From NCBI GenBank assembly GCA_964016885.1, contig OZ024753.1, positions 3,162,001 to 3,226,000 on the forward strand: a DNA stretch of 64,000 bases. Reading direction: 5' to 3'. A program made the position numbers and the translations under genes. Below the pieces are notes generated by a model. That model did not search any database. It was not told where the DNA came from and saw only the letters and a list, made by a program, of their open reading frames with translations. Source of the stretch: Eledone cirrhosa (Eukaryota). Of the stretch, positions 28,675 to 40,425 are shown in pieces (the stretch's first letter is position 1; each line of letters begins with the position of its first letter).

Positions 28675-29535
28675 ACACATGTATATATCTCTGTACATAT
28701 GTATGTATCTATGTACATATGTATATATCTATGTACATATGTATGTATCTATGTACATATGTATGTATTTATGTACATATGTATATATCTATGTACATAT
28801 GTATGTATCTATGTACATATGTATGTATCTATGTACATATGTATATATCTATGTACATATGTATGTATCTATGTACATATGTATGTATCTATGTACATAT
28901 GTATATATCTATGTACATATGTATATATCTATGTACATATGTATATATCTATGTACATATGTATATATCTATGTACATATGTATGTATCTATGTACATAT
29001 GTATGTATCTATGTACATATGTATATATCTATGTACATATGTATATATCTATATATCTATGTACATATGTATATATCTATGTACATATGTATATATCTAT
29101 GTACATATGTATATATCTATGTACATATGTATATATCTATGTACATATGTATGTATCTATGTACATATGTATGTATCTATGTACATATGTATATATCTAT
29201 GTACATATGTATATATCTATATATCTATGTACATATGTATATATCTATGTACATATGTATATATCTATGTACATATGTATATATCTATGTACATATGTAT
29301 GTATCTATGTACATATGTATGTATCTATGTACATATGTATATATCTATGTACATATGTATATATCTATATATCTATGTACATATGTATATATCTATGTAC
29401 ATATGTATATATCTATGTACATATGTATATATCTATGTACATATGTATGTATCTATGTACATATGTATATATCTACGTACATATGTATGTATCTACGTAC
29501 ATATGTATGTATCTACGTACATATGTATGTATATA
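28675..29535. repeat. Minisatellite, 20-bp unit atctatgtacatatgtat(a/g)t, about 42 copies
   Basis: Direct inspection, with occasional 8-bp insertions. Source of ORFs 28679-29948. Confidence 0.97.
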
Positions 29536-29589
29536 TGTATTATCAACATCATCATTTTTATATCTGCCAATGCTTGTATAGGTCAGACA

Positions 29590-29750
29590 TAGGCGGTGAA
29601 TTGGCAGAATCATTAGAACGTCAGATAGAATGCTTTATGGTATCTGTTCTGGCTCTCTGCTTTCTGAGATCAAATCCTGTCGAGGTCAACTTTGCTTCTC
29701 ATCCTTTCGAGGTCGGTAAAAAAAAGTACCAGTCAAGTACTGGGGTCGAT
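29590..29750 (+). mobile_element. Family A-related SINE
   Basis: ggcggtgaattggcagaatc...gatcaaatcc...tcatcctttcgaggtcggtaaa...agtaccagtc. Confidence 0.75.
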
Positions 29751-29929
29751 TCTTCCTCTATATCTTTTTCTCATTTCCTCTCTCTCACTTTCTATCTCTC
29801 TCTGGAAGAAAGCTGCTGTACAGGGGCCTGGAGAGGGGTGGGCTCTGCCAGGCTTAAAATGGCCAAGAAACGCAGTATGTCAATTCAGCACCCTATGACC
29901 CTACCGGGAGTTATGGAACCATACCATAG

Positions 29930-30195
29930 GTCAAACAGGTCATTTTAAGCAGAGTATTACTCCATGTGTTGTGCTCTTTTGTTATCTACTCTGTTAGATT
30001 CAGCAATTTGAGATTAGCTCTTACCGCCTCTGCCCAGGTCTTCCTTGAGTGTGGCTTCCTTCCACTGGGATTTCTTTGCACTTATTCACCCCGTGACCCT
30101 CATCCATATAACACCACATGCCCATACCAGCACAATACTATCTCTTCTAGACTACATATACTTTCTCTTATATTCATTGTTTCTCTCGGTTCAAA
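29930..30195 (-). mobile_element. Decayed RTE LINE 3' end
   Basis: Minus strand carries CWYGHVV and RKTWAEAV remnants. Confidence 0.6.
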
Positions 30196-30966
30196 TTATA
30201 TGTGCATGTATATATACAATTATGTGTGCATGTATATATACAATTATGTGTGCATGTATATATATATATATATATATATATACATTTATATGTGCATGTA
30301 TATATATATATACTATTATATGTGCATGAATGTATACAATTATGTGTGCATGTATATATATATATATACAATTATATGTATATATGCAATGTATATATAC
30401 AATTATGTATACATGTGTATGTGTGTGGGAAGGATACTAATTAACGGAGCTATAGGAAAAATAGATTAATAAAATATAGACATTATCAGGCTTTTCTCTT
30501 GAGGCTATTAAATGTATTGTAAGGTCCCTAATAAATCAAATTTATTTTGAATTAAGAACATAAATGTTTTCCTAAAAAAAATCAGTGTACCTATGGGAAT
30601 AATTACTTCACCATTCCTATCAAATACATTTATATTATATTAACCTATACAGATTAACAGCCGTGATTTCTAACATTAGAATACTGGCACATATTTTAGT
30701 GTGGTAGGTGTAGTGTCAATTCAATCAACTCTAATACTTATGAGTTCTTTCTTTAGTAATTTGGAAGGATACCAAGCAAGGTGATCCTCAGTAGGAATTG
30801 AACTAAGAACAACAATGGGTATGACTAAGTTTCCCAAGACATATTTTGTAGTCCACTTCAGTCTCTCCACCATAATCAGATAGAGCGACAAGAAAACAGA
30901 AAGACAGAAAAGATAAGATATTTAAGAGAGTTAGTTAAGATAGTTAGCTAAGATACTAAAGTTAAT

Positions 30967-31193
30967 TAACCCTTTAGCATTTAATTTACTCTATATTTAC
31001 TATTGTATTTTTACGATAAACACTTTATTTCACACAATATCTCACATAATATTGAATCTACGAAATTTTGATATTATTTATTTTGAGAACAATACCTTAA
31101 CATAGATATAAGTTGCCAGTTATGGTCAGTTTGAACAGAAAGAGGTGAGAGAATTCTGGCCAGATATGGCAGGTTTAAATGCTAAAGCATTAA
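30967..31193. mobile_element. piggyBac-type MITE
   Basis: TTAA-ccctttagcattta ... taaatgctaaagca-TTAA: TTAA target site and CCC-starting TIR, right end decayed. Confidence 0.7.
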
Positions 31194-31559
31194 GATACTA
31201 AATGTAGTTAAGATAATATAGATCAGAGGTTCTCAAAGAGGGCAGCTTGCAACAACAGAGTCCCTGAACTGAGTGTTGATGGACCTCTATCAACGCACTA
31301 AATATATCACTCAAATCTTTCATAACAGCATTTCTTATGACATACACTAAATTTCAATTAATTAATGAAGAATTTGGGGGGATTTACTAACATTATTAAT
31401 TATTTCTTTACAAAGTTGTTTGTAATATTAATTAATAATTGGTTCTCATATCAAAGTATGTTGGAAAGTTTTAATTAAAAAGTATCTCATTATAATGAGT
31501 TGTTTTATTTTATAGAAGCAGATGTAGTTTTAGACAACTCACTTTATACTAGCTACAGA

Positions 31560-31800
31560 AAAATTATAACTAAAACTATTAGTTCTAACTAAAATTATTA
31601 CTAGAATTATTACTAAAATTATTACTAAAATTATTAATAAAATTATTCCTAAAATTATTAATAAAATTATTAATAAAATTATTAATAAAATTTTTAATAA
31701 AATTATTACTAAATCTATCATTTATTACTAAAATTATTACAAAAGCTATTATTTATAGCTAAATTATTACTAAAATTATTAGTTATTACTAGAATTATTA
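31560..31800. repeat. 12-bp AT-rich tandem repeat (aaaattatta(c/a)t)
   Basis: Direct inspection. Confidence 0.9.
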
Positions 31801-32204
31801 ACAATTCATTAAAAATTGCTTCTTATTATGACAAAAGGTTTTAGTTTAACAAGAAATCCTTTAAAATGAGTTGCCTTGTATTTTAGAAAGAGGTAGTTTT
31901 AGGCAAGTTGAATCATTATCTCCCCCTTTTCTGATTGTATCTTTCCAAATGGTTTGTATGGTATGGTCCTCACAAGCACTGAATTACACAGCAAGGAAAG
32001 TCGTTTTCCAGGCTGATGAATACTAGGTATAGAAGCTCAGTAATTCTGCAGTCTCTCTCTTTCTCGCTCTCTGTTCCTTTCCCATTCCAAGATGGAATTG
32101 GTAGTATCTCTTACTGGCACCAAGCTGAACTACATCTCATCAGGATCAATTCCGCTTCTAATCAATCCTGCTCTAACTTTTAGCATAAAATTACATAACC
32201 TATA

Positions 32205-32252
<48 letters not shown>

Positions 32253-32586
32253 CTGTTTGTGTCTGTTCATATGTATATGTGTGTGTGTTTAGATATATGA
32301 CTGACTGTAGTAAAGGATCCATTTTGGGAACAATATTTGTAATTAGATAGACATTAACTAATGATTACATCAGCAAATTTACAGTTAATTCAATAATGTG
32401 AGTACATTCCATTTACCACAAAACAAAATAAACCATTCAATTAGAAATTAATTACTTGTTGTTTCTGCAGAAATGTCTTCTCAATCTAAATTGTGAAGTA
32501 AAGTATGTATATACATATATATATATATATATACATACATACATATATATATACATACATACATACATACATATATATACATACAT

Positions 32587-33319
32587 ATGACATCACACCT
32601 TGAGGGATATCTCTATGCAATACAGGAACAAGAACTCCCTACCAAATATCTGCTGCACAAAAGGGGAGGGCCATCAGCTGACAATAAATGTAGGCTATGT
32701 AAAACAAAGATCGAAGATGTAAGCCACATTGTTGCCAACTGCGAAAGAATGTCATCTCGCTACTACCTCCCCATGAGACACGATGGGATAGCTAGAACCA
32801 TCTGGAACGCACTTCGGAAAACAAAATTAACAACAAACGAGGAAGAATATATTGAGACAGATGGCACTAAGGAATACTGGTGGAACCTGAAAATAAAAAC
32901 TGCCACCAAATTAAAGCACAACCTGCTTGATATTGCTGTTTGGGACCACACATTGAAAACGTGTTCTGTTGTGGAGATCAGCTGCCCACTTGATGTAAAC
33001 GTTGTCAGAAAAATACAGGAGAAGGAGGACATCTACGGACCATTGATGAGGAGCTTACAAATCCAGTATCTAAGATACACCTTTAGCTTCATACCCATCA
33101 TTATTGGAGCTATGGGTTATATACCAACCCGCTTGGACCAAAGTATGACTGAACACAGCTCCCTAATTCATAGTCTACAAATGGCTGTGATAGCTGGCAC
33201 CTTCAAAATTTGCAAAACATTCTTGCGATTCAAGGGATGACAATTTCTTTTCTTTTACAACCTTGCCACCAGGAAGGTGGCCGGTCAAAAAAATATACTC
33301 GAAATTAAGAAAAAGAGAT

Positions 33320-33322
<3 letters not shown>
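32587..33322 (+). mobile_element. 5'-truncated R4/Dong-clade non-LTR retrotransposon: CCHC knuckle and restriction-like endonuclease (ORF 32587-33240) plus short 3' UTR
   Basis: AIQEQELPT, CRLC..EDVSHIVANC (CCHC), RHDGIA, LLDIAVWD...VVEISCP (PD-(D/E)xK-like) and PIIIGAMG. Open frame, flanked on both sides by (TA)/(TACA)n. Confidence 0.88.
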
Positions 33323-33381
<59 letters not shown>

Positions 33382-33478
33382 CATACATATATATATATAA
33401 TATATATATATATACATACATATATATATATACATATATATACATATATATATACATACATATATATATACATACATA

Positions 33479-33528
<50 letters not shown>

Positions 33529-33559
33529 TACATATACACACACATACATATATACATAC

Positions 33560-33617
<58 letters not shown>

Positions 33618-33944
33618 TCCTTTATTTATTCACTATTATTTGCCTCTACTACCAACAAACATTTTCTCCCCAATGAGAACCTCAGCTGACATCCACCCCT
33701 CTCACTAACATAATCTTTAGTTTTCTGATTCCTCCAGGACACAAACTATTGCTCAATCTCTTACTTGTAACCACCTTGTAGTTACCAATCTTCATCTTTC
33801 TAATCAGCCATCTTATCACTGTTTCCATCTCTAACCACAATCTCGCACTTTCTTCCATATAGGATTATTAACTGTCAACCACAACTCTTATCATCATACT
33901 TCATTGTTGATAGCCATCACCAGTTGTCCCCTATTATAACATGT

Positions 33945-34136
33945 TGGATTGGTGGATTTGCAGTATCGGTAGAGGGTCGGACGCCATGCTTTCCAGCATA
34001 GTTACGTCCCTTTACGATCTGAGTTCAAATCCCGCCGAGGTTGACTTTGCCTTTCATCCTTACGGGGTCGATAAAATAAAGTACCAGTAATGCACTGGGT
34101 AATTGCTGGCCTTGTGCCTAAAGTAGAAACAATTAT
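33945..34136 (+). mobile_element. Family A SINE, near-intact
   Basis: Head ttgcagtatcggtagagggtcggacgcc, B-box gagttcaaatccc, central domain and tail all present; CpGs retained. Confidence 0.9.
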
Positions 34137-34407
34137 AACATGTTTTATATGTGTTTATGTCAGAGACAGAGGGAAAAGACGAGAGAGGGAGAGAGAGAGA
34201 GAGAAAAAGAAGAGTTGAGAGAGAGAGAGAGAAAAAGAAGAGTTGAGAGAGAGAGAAGGTGCACGAGAGAGAGAAGCCAGTTAAGACCATTTTTCGTGCT
34301 GAAGCAGAGGTTAACCATGTAAACCCCACGAGAGTCTTTGCAGTCATTTTGATGTTTTGATAGCTTTATGAATTTCTTAGTGCAATCCATATATACATGT
34401 GTGTGTG

Positions 34408-34438
<31 letters not shown>

Positions 34439-34457
34439 ATATATATATATATAATAT

Positions 34458-34915
34458 ATGAGGAGCGCGATGCTGCATGGTAGTGAGACATGGGCAGCAA
34501 CCGCAGAGGATATGCGACGGCTGGAGAGAAATGAGGCAAGCATGCTCCGTTGGATGTGCAGTGTAAATGTGCGTGAACGACCCAGCTTAAATGTGTTGAG
34601 AGAGAAACTGTGTCTGAGAGGGATAGAATGTAGTGTACGGGAGAGGAGACTGATGTGGTATGGACATGTGATGCGCATGGAGGATGACCGATGGGTGAAG
34701 AAGTGCCAGGAAATGCCAGTTGAAGGAAGACGTGGTAGAGGTAGACCACGAAAAACATGGGCGGAGGTGGTGAGAACAGACCTCAGATCATTGAAGCTCA
34801 CGGTGGAGATGACGAGGGACCGTGACGAGTGGAGAGATGCTGTGCTGAATAAGACCCGTCCCACCCTTGCAAGCAGGGAAAAGCGGACGTAAAATGATGA
34901 TGATGATGATGATGA
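34458..34915 (+). mobile_element. 5'-truncated RTE LINE (second family); ORF runs into the (GAT)n tail
   Basis: AMLHGSETW...[11 protein letters not shown]...[11 protein letters not shown]...[13 protein letters not shown], then (atg)n. Confidence 0.92.
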
Positions 34916-34970
34916 TATATATGTGTGTGTGTATACATATATATGTATATATATATATGTGTGTGTGTGT

Positions 34971-35016
<46 letters not shown>

Positions 35017-35046
35017 ATACATATATATATATATATGTGTGTGTGT

Positions 35047-35092
<46 letters not shown>

Positions 35093-35375
35093 ATACATAT
35101 ATATATATGGTTAGCTATACTCTTTGTTGTTCTCCTGTCTCACTCGCTTTACGCGTTTTAATTGTCCTAATAACTTATTTTGGTTATTATTGCACCGAAG
35201 TGAGATATATGATTTTTAATGCAATGAAATATCTATGATCTTCGGCAAATCACTGATGAGGGACTTATTTTATTACATGTTATCCATGTGCTACCTGCAG
35301 TATTTTTCTCTATATTTTAATATATATATATATATATATAATATAAGATCAAAAGATGGTTAAAGGAGTTCAATA

Positions 35376-35446
35376 TATTTTATTATGCGCATTTCAAAAA
35401 CAAACATCATCAAACAATAATATTTGTGTTTTCATCAGATAAAACA
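35376..35446 (-). ncRNA. Type I hammerhead ribozyme (PLE-associated)
   Basis: Exact reverse complement of 37843-37913. Confidence 0.8.
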
Positions 35447-36663
35447 GGAGAACATGATATGAAGGCTAAAAAAAACACTTGTTGATAGTGCAGTTTTAAA
35501 TCAACATATGAAAAGTGGTTTTAGATTGATGTGTGATATTGGGAAAAATATTTTATTTAGAGAGGGGGGGAGAGAAAAGGATGAAAAGGGAAGGAGATGA
35601 GAGGGAGAGATGGGTGATAGAGAGAAAGAGATAGTTTTTATAACAGAGAGGAGATATATATTATATAGAGGGGTTGAAAACCGTTGGAAGATACTGTATA
35701 AATTAAAAATTTTGAAAATTAACGAAGGGAGGATATGTGCGAGGAAAAAATATATTATATTTAGGGAGGGGTGGGGGTGGAAAGGATGAAAAAAAGGGGA
35801 GGAGATGAGAGTGAAGGTGGAAAGGGAGAGATGGGTGATAGAGAGAAAGAGATAGTTTTTATAACTGAGAAAAAGATATAATGTTTTAATATAGAGAGGT
35901 TGGGAACCGTTGGAAGATAATGTATAAATTAAAGAAATTTGAAAATTAACGAAGGGAAATTATGTATGGAGATAGAGAGAAAAAAATAACGAAGGGAGAT
36001 TATGTATGGAGATAGAGAGAAAAAAAAATAATAATTGTGGGTGAATATTCAAAAGGAGAAATGTAGGAATCTTAAAATTAGCAAAGAGAAAATGTTTATG
36101 TATAGAATTTGAGAAAAATTTATATTGAATTCATATGTATTAATAATGAGTTTGTTGATGGGGAGAAAAAAATAATAATAATAAATTAAGGATGAAATTG
36201 AGATTAAAAAGATTTATGATAGAGAGAAAAAATAATAATGATTGCGGATGAATACTCAAAATGTCAAAAACAAATGTTATTGTTTTACGAAGAGATATAA
36301 TGAGGGTGATGAGTAAACGGGTATTATAGAGTGTATAATGCCCTTTAAAGTAAGGTAGATGGGTATATTTTAAAGAATATATGAGTATATATTAAAAAAA
36401 TATATATAATAATAAATTAAGGATGAAATTGAGATTAAAAAGATTTATGATAGAGGGAAAAAAATAATAATGATTGCGGATGAATATTCAAAATGTCAAA
36501 AACAAATGTTATTGTTTTACGAGAAGATAGGATGAGGTAAATGAATAAACGAGTACTATAGAGTGTATAATGCCCTTTAAAGTAAGGTAGATGGGTATAT
36601 TTTAAAGAGGTGTATGTATATGTGCCTTTGAGAAAAGATTCTAAATTGATAAAGAATTGAATA

Positions 36664-36960
36664 TTAACTGTATACTTTGTGAAAAGTTCTATGGAATTTA
36701 TGAAGGCAGATGGAAAACAAATCCGAGCGTCTATTTATTATGGATTCTAGGTTAGAGATAATGGTAAATTTTTCATTTAGGCAGAGATTACAGATTTTAG
36801 ATAGAGAACTGTTCAAGTACGAGGATGCAGAAGAAATCTTTTTCCAAAAGATGTTATATTTAATGTTTTTGTCTTTTAAGGACCATATGAGTTCTGAGAG
36901 AGCAGTGTTAGTTCTTTTAAGTTTGTATTTGAAAGATGAATGATGATTATAATGATGAGT
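36664..36960 (-). pseudogene. C-terminal ~98 aa of a PLE GIY-YIG endonuclease (no start codon; absent from ORF track)
   Basis: Manual translation: YNHHSSFKYKLKRTNTALSELIWSLKDKNIKYNIFWKKISSASSYLNSSLSKICNLCLNEKFTIISNLESIINRRSDLFSICLHKFHRTFHKVYS*. Matches the recalled PLE pattern NH..SF..T.LS..IW.LK..W..CNLC..EK...N.R.EL...C.H. Confidence 0.8.
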
Positions 36961-37842
36961 ATAATACCCGTTTACTCATCACCCTCATTATATCTCTTCG
37001 TAAAACAATAACATTTGTTTTTGACATTTTGAGTATTCATCCGCAATCATTATTATTTTTTCTCTCTATCATAAATCTTTTTAATCTCAATTTCATCCTT
37101 AATTTATTATTATTATTTTTTTCTCCCCATCAACAAACTCATTATTAATACATATGAATTCAATATAAATTTTTCTCAAATTCTATACATAAACATTTTC
37201 TCTTTGCTAATTTTAAGATTCCTACATTTCTCCTTTTGAATATTCACCCACAATTATTATTTTTTTTTTCTCTCTATCTCCATACATAATCTCCCTTCGT
37301 TATTTTTTTCTCTCTATCTCCATACATAATTTCCCTTCGTTAATTTTCAAATTTCTTTAATTTATACATTATCTTCCAACGGTTCCCAACCTCTCTATAT
37401 TAAAACATTATATCTTTTTCTCAGTTATAAAAACTATCTCTTTCTCTCTATCACCCATCTCTCCCTTTCCACCTTCACTCTCATCTCCTCCCCTTTTTTT
37501 CATCCTTTCCACCCCCACCCCTCCCTAAATATAATATATTTTTTCCTCGCACATATCCTCCCTTCGTTAATTTTCAAAATTTTTAATTTATACAGTATCT
37601 TCCAACGGTTTTCAACCCCTCTATATAATATATATCTCCTCTCTGTTATAAAAACTATCTCTTTCTCTCTATCACCCATCTCTCCCTCTCATCTCCTTCC
37701 CTTTTCATCCTTTTCTCTCCCCCCCTCTCTAAATAAAATATTTTTCCCAATATCACACATCAATCTAAAACCACTTTTCATATGTTGATTTAAAACTGCA
37801 CTATCAACAAGTGTTTTTTTTAGCCTTCATATCATGTTCTCC

Positions 37843-37913
37843 TGTTTTATCTGATGAAAACACAAATATTATTGTTTGATGATGTTTGTTTTTGAAATGC
37901 GCATAATAAAATA
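37843..37913 (+). ncRNA. Type I hammerhead ribozyme (PLE-associated)
   Basis: Stem I UGUUUUAU/AUAAAAUA; core CUGAUGA at 37851-37857; long stem II; GAAA at 37894-37897; palindromic stem III AUGCGCAU; predicted cleavage after AUA at 37905. Confidence 0.8.
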
Positions 37914-38037
37914 TATTGAACTCCTTTAACCATCTTTTGATCTTATATTATGCATACTCCAGTCCCACAAACTGTAGAGTGCTTCTTATCCGATATCTGC
38001 ATTGCTTTATTGTACTACAATAAAACTCACCTCCTAC

Positions 38038-38099
<62 letters not shown>

Positions 38100-39520
38100 G
38101 TGTGTGTATATACATATATATATATATATATATATAAAGTAGAATATAAAGCATTGTGAGATATTTAATAATGTGTTCTTCCCTAAGAGGTCAGTTAGGG
38201 AAGAAGACATCGATTGTTCATTTTGTTTGGCAACATTTGCTTTTATTTTTACATTTGAAAAGCAGGTTATAACCCTGAAATATTATGTTGAAATATACTG
38301 GGTATAAACATTACTTTGTATTGTTTAATTTGTTATAATTTGCCTTTTATATATTTTTATGACAATGTACCGGCTTACTTGTCAGTCATCTACTACACAT
38401 GCACACGCGCGTGTGCATGTGCAAATTTATAAAAAAGAAGACACAATACTGTAGAGTATTTAATTTCATTTGGTTAACAAACTGACAGTCGAAATGCTGG
38501 TAGTTTCCTTGGATTAGAGATTAACCCAATTTTTCAGGCCACCATATTCTTAAAGTGAAATAAAATTTACTACATTCTAATAAATTTCCAATCCTTTATC
38601 AGTATCAAATGTTTCTATTATGAGCTAGATATTATCACACATTAAATTAAAACGAAGGAAATTAGTTTTGAGGAGTTATATTCAGAAACAGATAAGATCT
38701 GCTGAAAAGGGGGAAATTTACCAAGAAATATTACACAAAATTGGATACAAATCTATATAAGGACTTAATGACTGAGTCAGTAGAATGACAAATGAGGGAA
38801 AGGAGAGATTTAGCTCACTGGTAAGTTCATCTGTCCTCATATATCATAGGTTTGCTCACAGTTCATAAACCAGTACCAATATTGATAGGTTCAAGTTGGT
38901 AGGTACCACATAGTGTAGATTAATTGCAGAATCAATGTAAGTACATAACCTAACTAGTGGAAACCATTCAGCTTACTGATATTGCCACAGGCATACTCTT
39001 ATGTTCTTAGTTCATGAATTTGCTATTCATATACTGAGAATATGGATTATTAATAATCTATATGCATACTTCTTGAAGTTTATCCCATGAATAATGTATT
39101 TTCATATTATTAAAGTGTTTTCTATATGTAATTTAGATAGACAAGCCATTGAAAAATAAAATATCTATACATATAAATTATGATAAATAAATACGTGTAT
39201 GTGCACATGAATGTATGTCTGGATGTATAGGTGTGTGTATATATACATATACACACACACACACACATCCACATATCATCATTAGTACCAGCAAGGTTTG
39301 GATGGACGATCACTGACTGAGACAGTAATCGAGTTGAGATATCGACCTAAAAAATGGACCAGGAAACTGTATCTCACTCAAATGTCTTCCCATGGACTAT
39401 TGAGTGCATTTGATAGTGGCACCAGCACTACGAAGGTTGACATGATTTTCATACATCTCAACAGTCCTCCTGCCAAATATATGTTTGCCACACATTAAAC
39501 ATTTCAGCTATATTCTACAT

Positions 39521-39977
39521 CAGGCCTGGGCAACATTTTTTGAGCAGTGGGCCACATAGGATGTGCTGCATCATAAGGTGGGCCACATAGGATGTGACTC
39601 ATCATAAGGTGGGCCACATAGGATGTGACTCATCATAAGGTGGGCCACATAGGATGTGACTTATTATAAGGTGGGCTACATAGGATGTACTACATAGGAT
39701 ATGCCACATAGGATGTACTACATAGGATATGCCACATAGGATGTACTACATAGGATATGTCACATAGGATGTACTACATAGGATATGCCACATAGGATGT
39801 ACTACATAGGATATGCCACATAGGATGTACTACATAAGATATGCCACATAGGATGTGGCATATCATAAGTTTGGCTGCACTACTAAAAGTTCAAGGCAAT
39901 TTTGAAATTAGGCATACTATTCAGAAAACCAAACAGGCTGCATGTGGCTCACTGGCTCATAAATGTCCTACATCCTG
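39521..39977. mobile_element. Probable hAT-type MITE containing internal minisatellites
   Basis: Starts caggcctgggcaac and ends acatcctg. Internal 31-bp (x4) and 28-bp (x~5) units built on acataggatgt. Candidate 8-bp TSD matches only 5/8. Confidence 0.5.
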
Positions 39978-40143
39978 CTTGACATGAATATCATTGCTGC
40001 AATAGTCTTTTGTATATAGTATCATATTGGTAGTTATCTTCTTATAAGAAGACAAAACTCTTTGAAAATATATAATGGTAATCTCTTATGTACTTCCTCC
40101 ATAAGATACGTGCTTACATAATTACATGTCTATTATGATTGTG

Positions 40144-40425
40144 AGGGCACATGGCTTTGTGGTTAGTGTATTCAGCTCATGATCGTAAGGTCATGAATTC
40201 CATTCCTGGTAGCGCATCGTGTCCTTGAGCCAGACACTTTATTTCACATTGTTCCAGTACACTGAACTGGCGAAAAATGGGTTGCATCTGTTTTTTGAAA
40301 GGCCAACTTTGTCACATTCTGTGTCACGTTGAATCTCCCTGAGAACTACATTTAGGGTACGAGTGTTTATGGAATGCTCAGCCCCCTTCACCTTAATTTC
40401 ATGAGCAGGCTCTGATTGTATCAAC
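40144..40425 (+). mobile_element. tRNA-derived SINE with CORE-like segment and a different body
   Basis: catggctttgtggttag head, gtgtccttgagccagacactttatttcac. Reverse copy at about 47890-48180. Confidence 0.7.

Larger units (their letters stand above)
35338..37951 (-). mobile_element. Penelope-like element, 5'-truncated, with inverted duplication of its 3' end (arms 35338-36328 and 36960-37951)
   Basis: ~991-bp inverted arms, GIY-YIG C-terminus in the spacer, a hammerhead in each arm, and (TA)n at the left end. Confidence 0.85.

Noticed and set aside
28679-29948. 300-409 aa ORFs (also 55008-56153)
   Set aside because: Open in all three frames across minisatellites; no protein signal.
35253-35265. 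ctgatgagggac hammerhead half-core, and actc...aaactgtagagt at about 37957-37980
   Set aside because: No GAAA follows the first and no CUGANGA precedes the second; joining them across the insertion is too speculative.
36710-36943. Plus-strand 77-aa ORF in the palindrome spacer
   Set aside because: Antisense shadow of the minus-strand GIY-YIG frame.
35338-37951. Interpretation as a foldback DNA transposon or Polinton/viral TIR element
   Set aside because: No transposase or integrase remnant and no clear TSD. The PLE endonuclease tail, hammerheads and an inversion point at the ORF truncation fit a PLE better.
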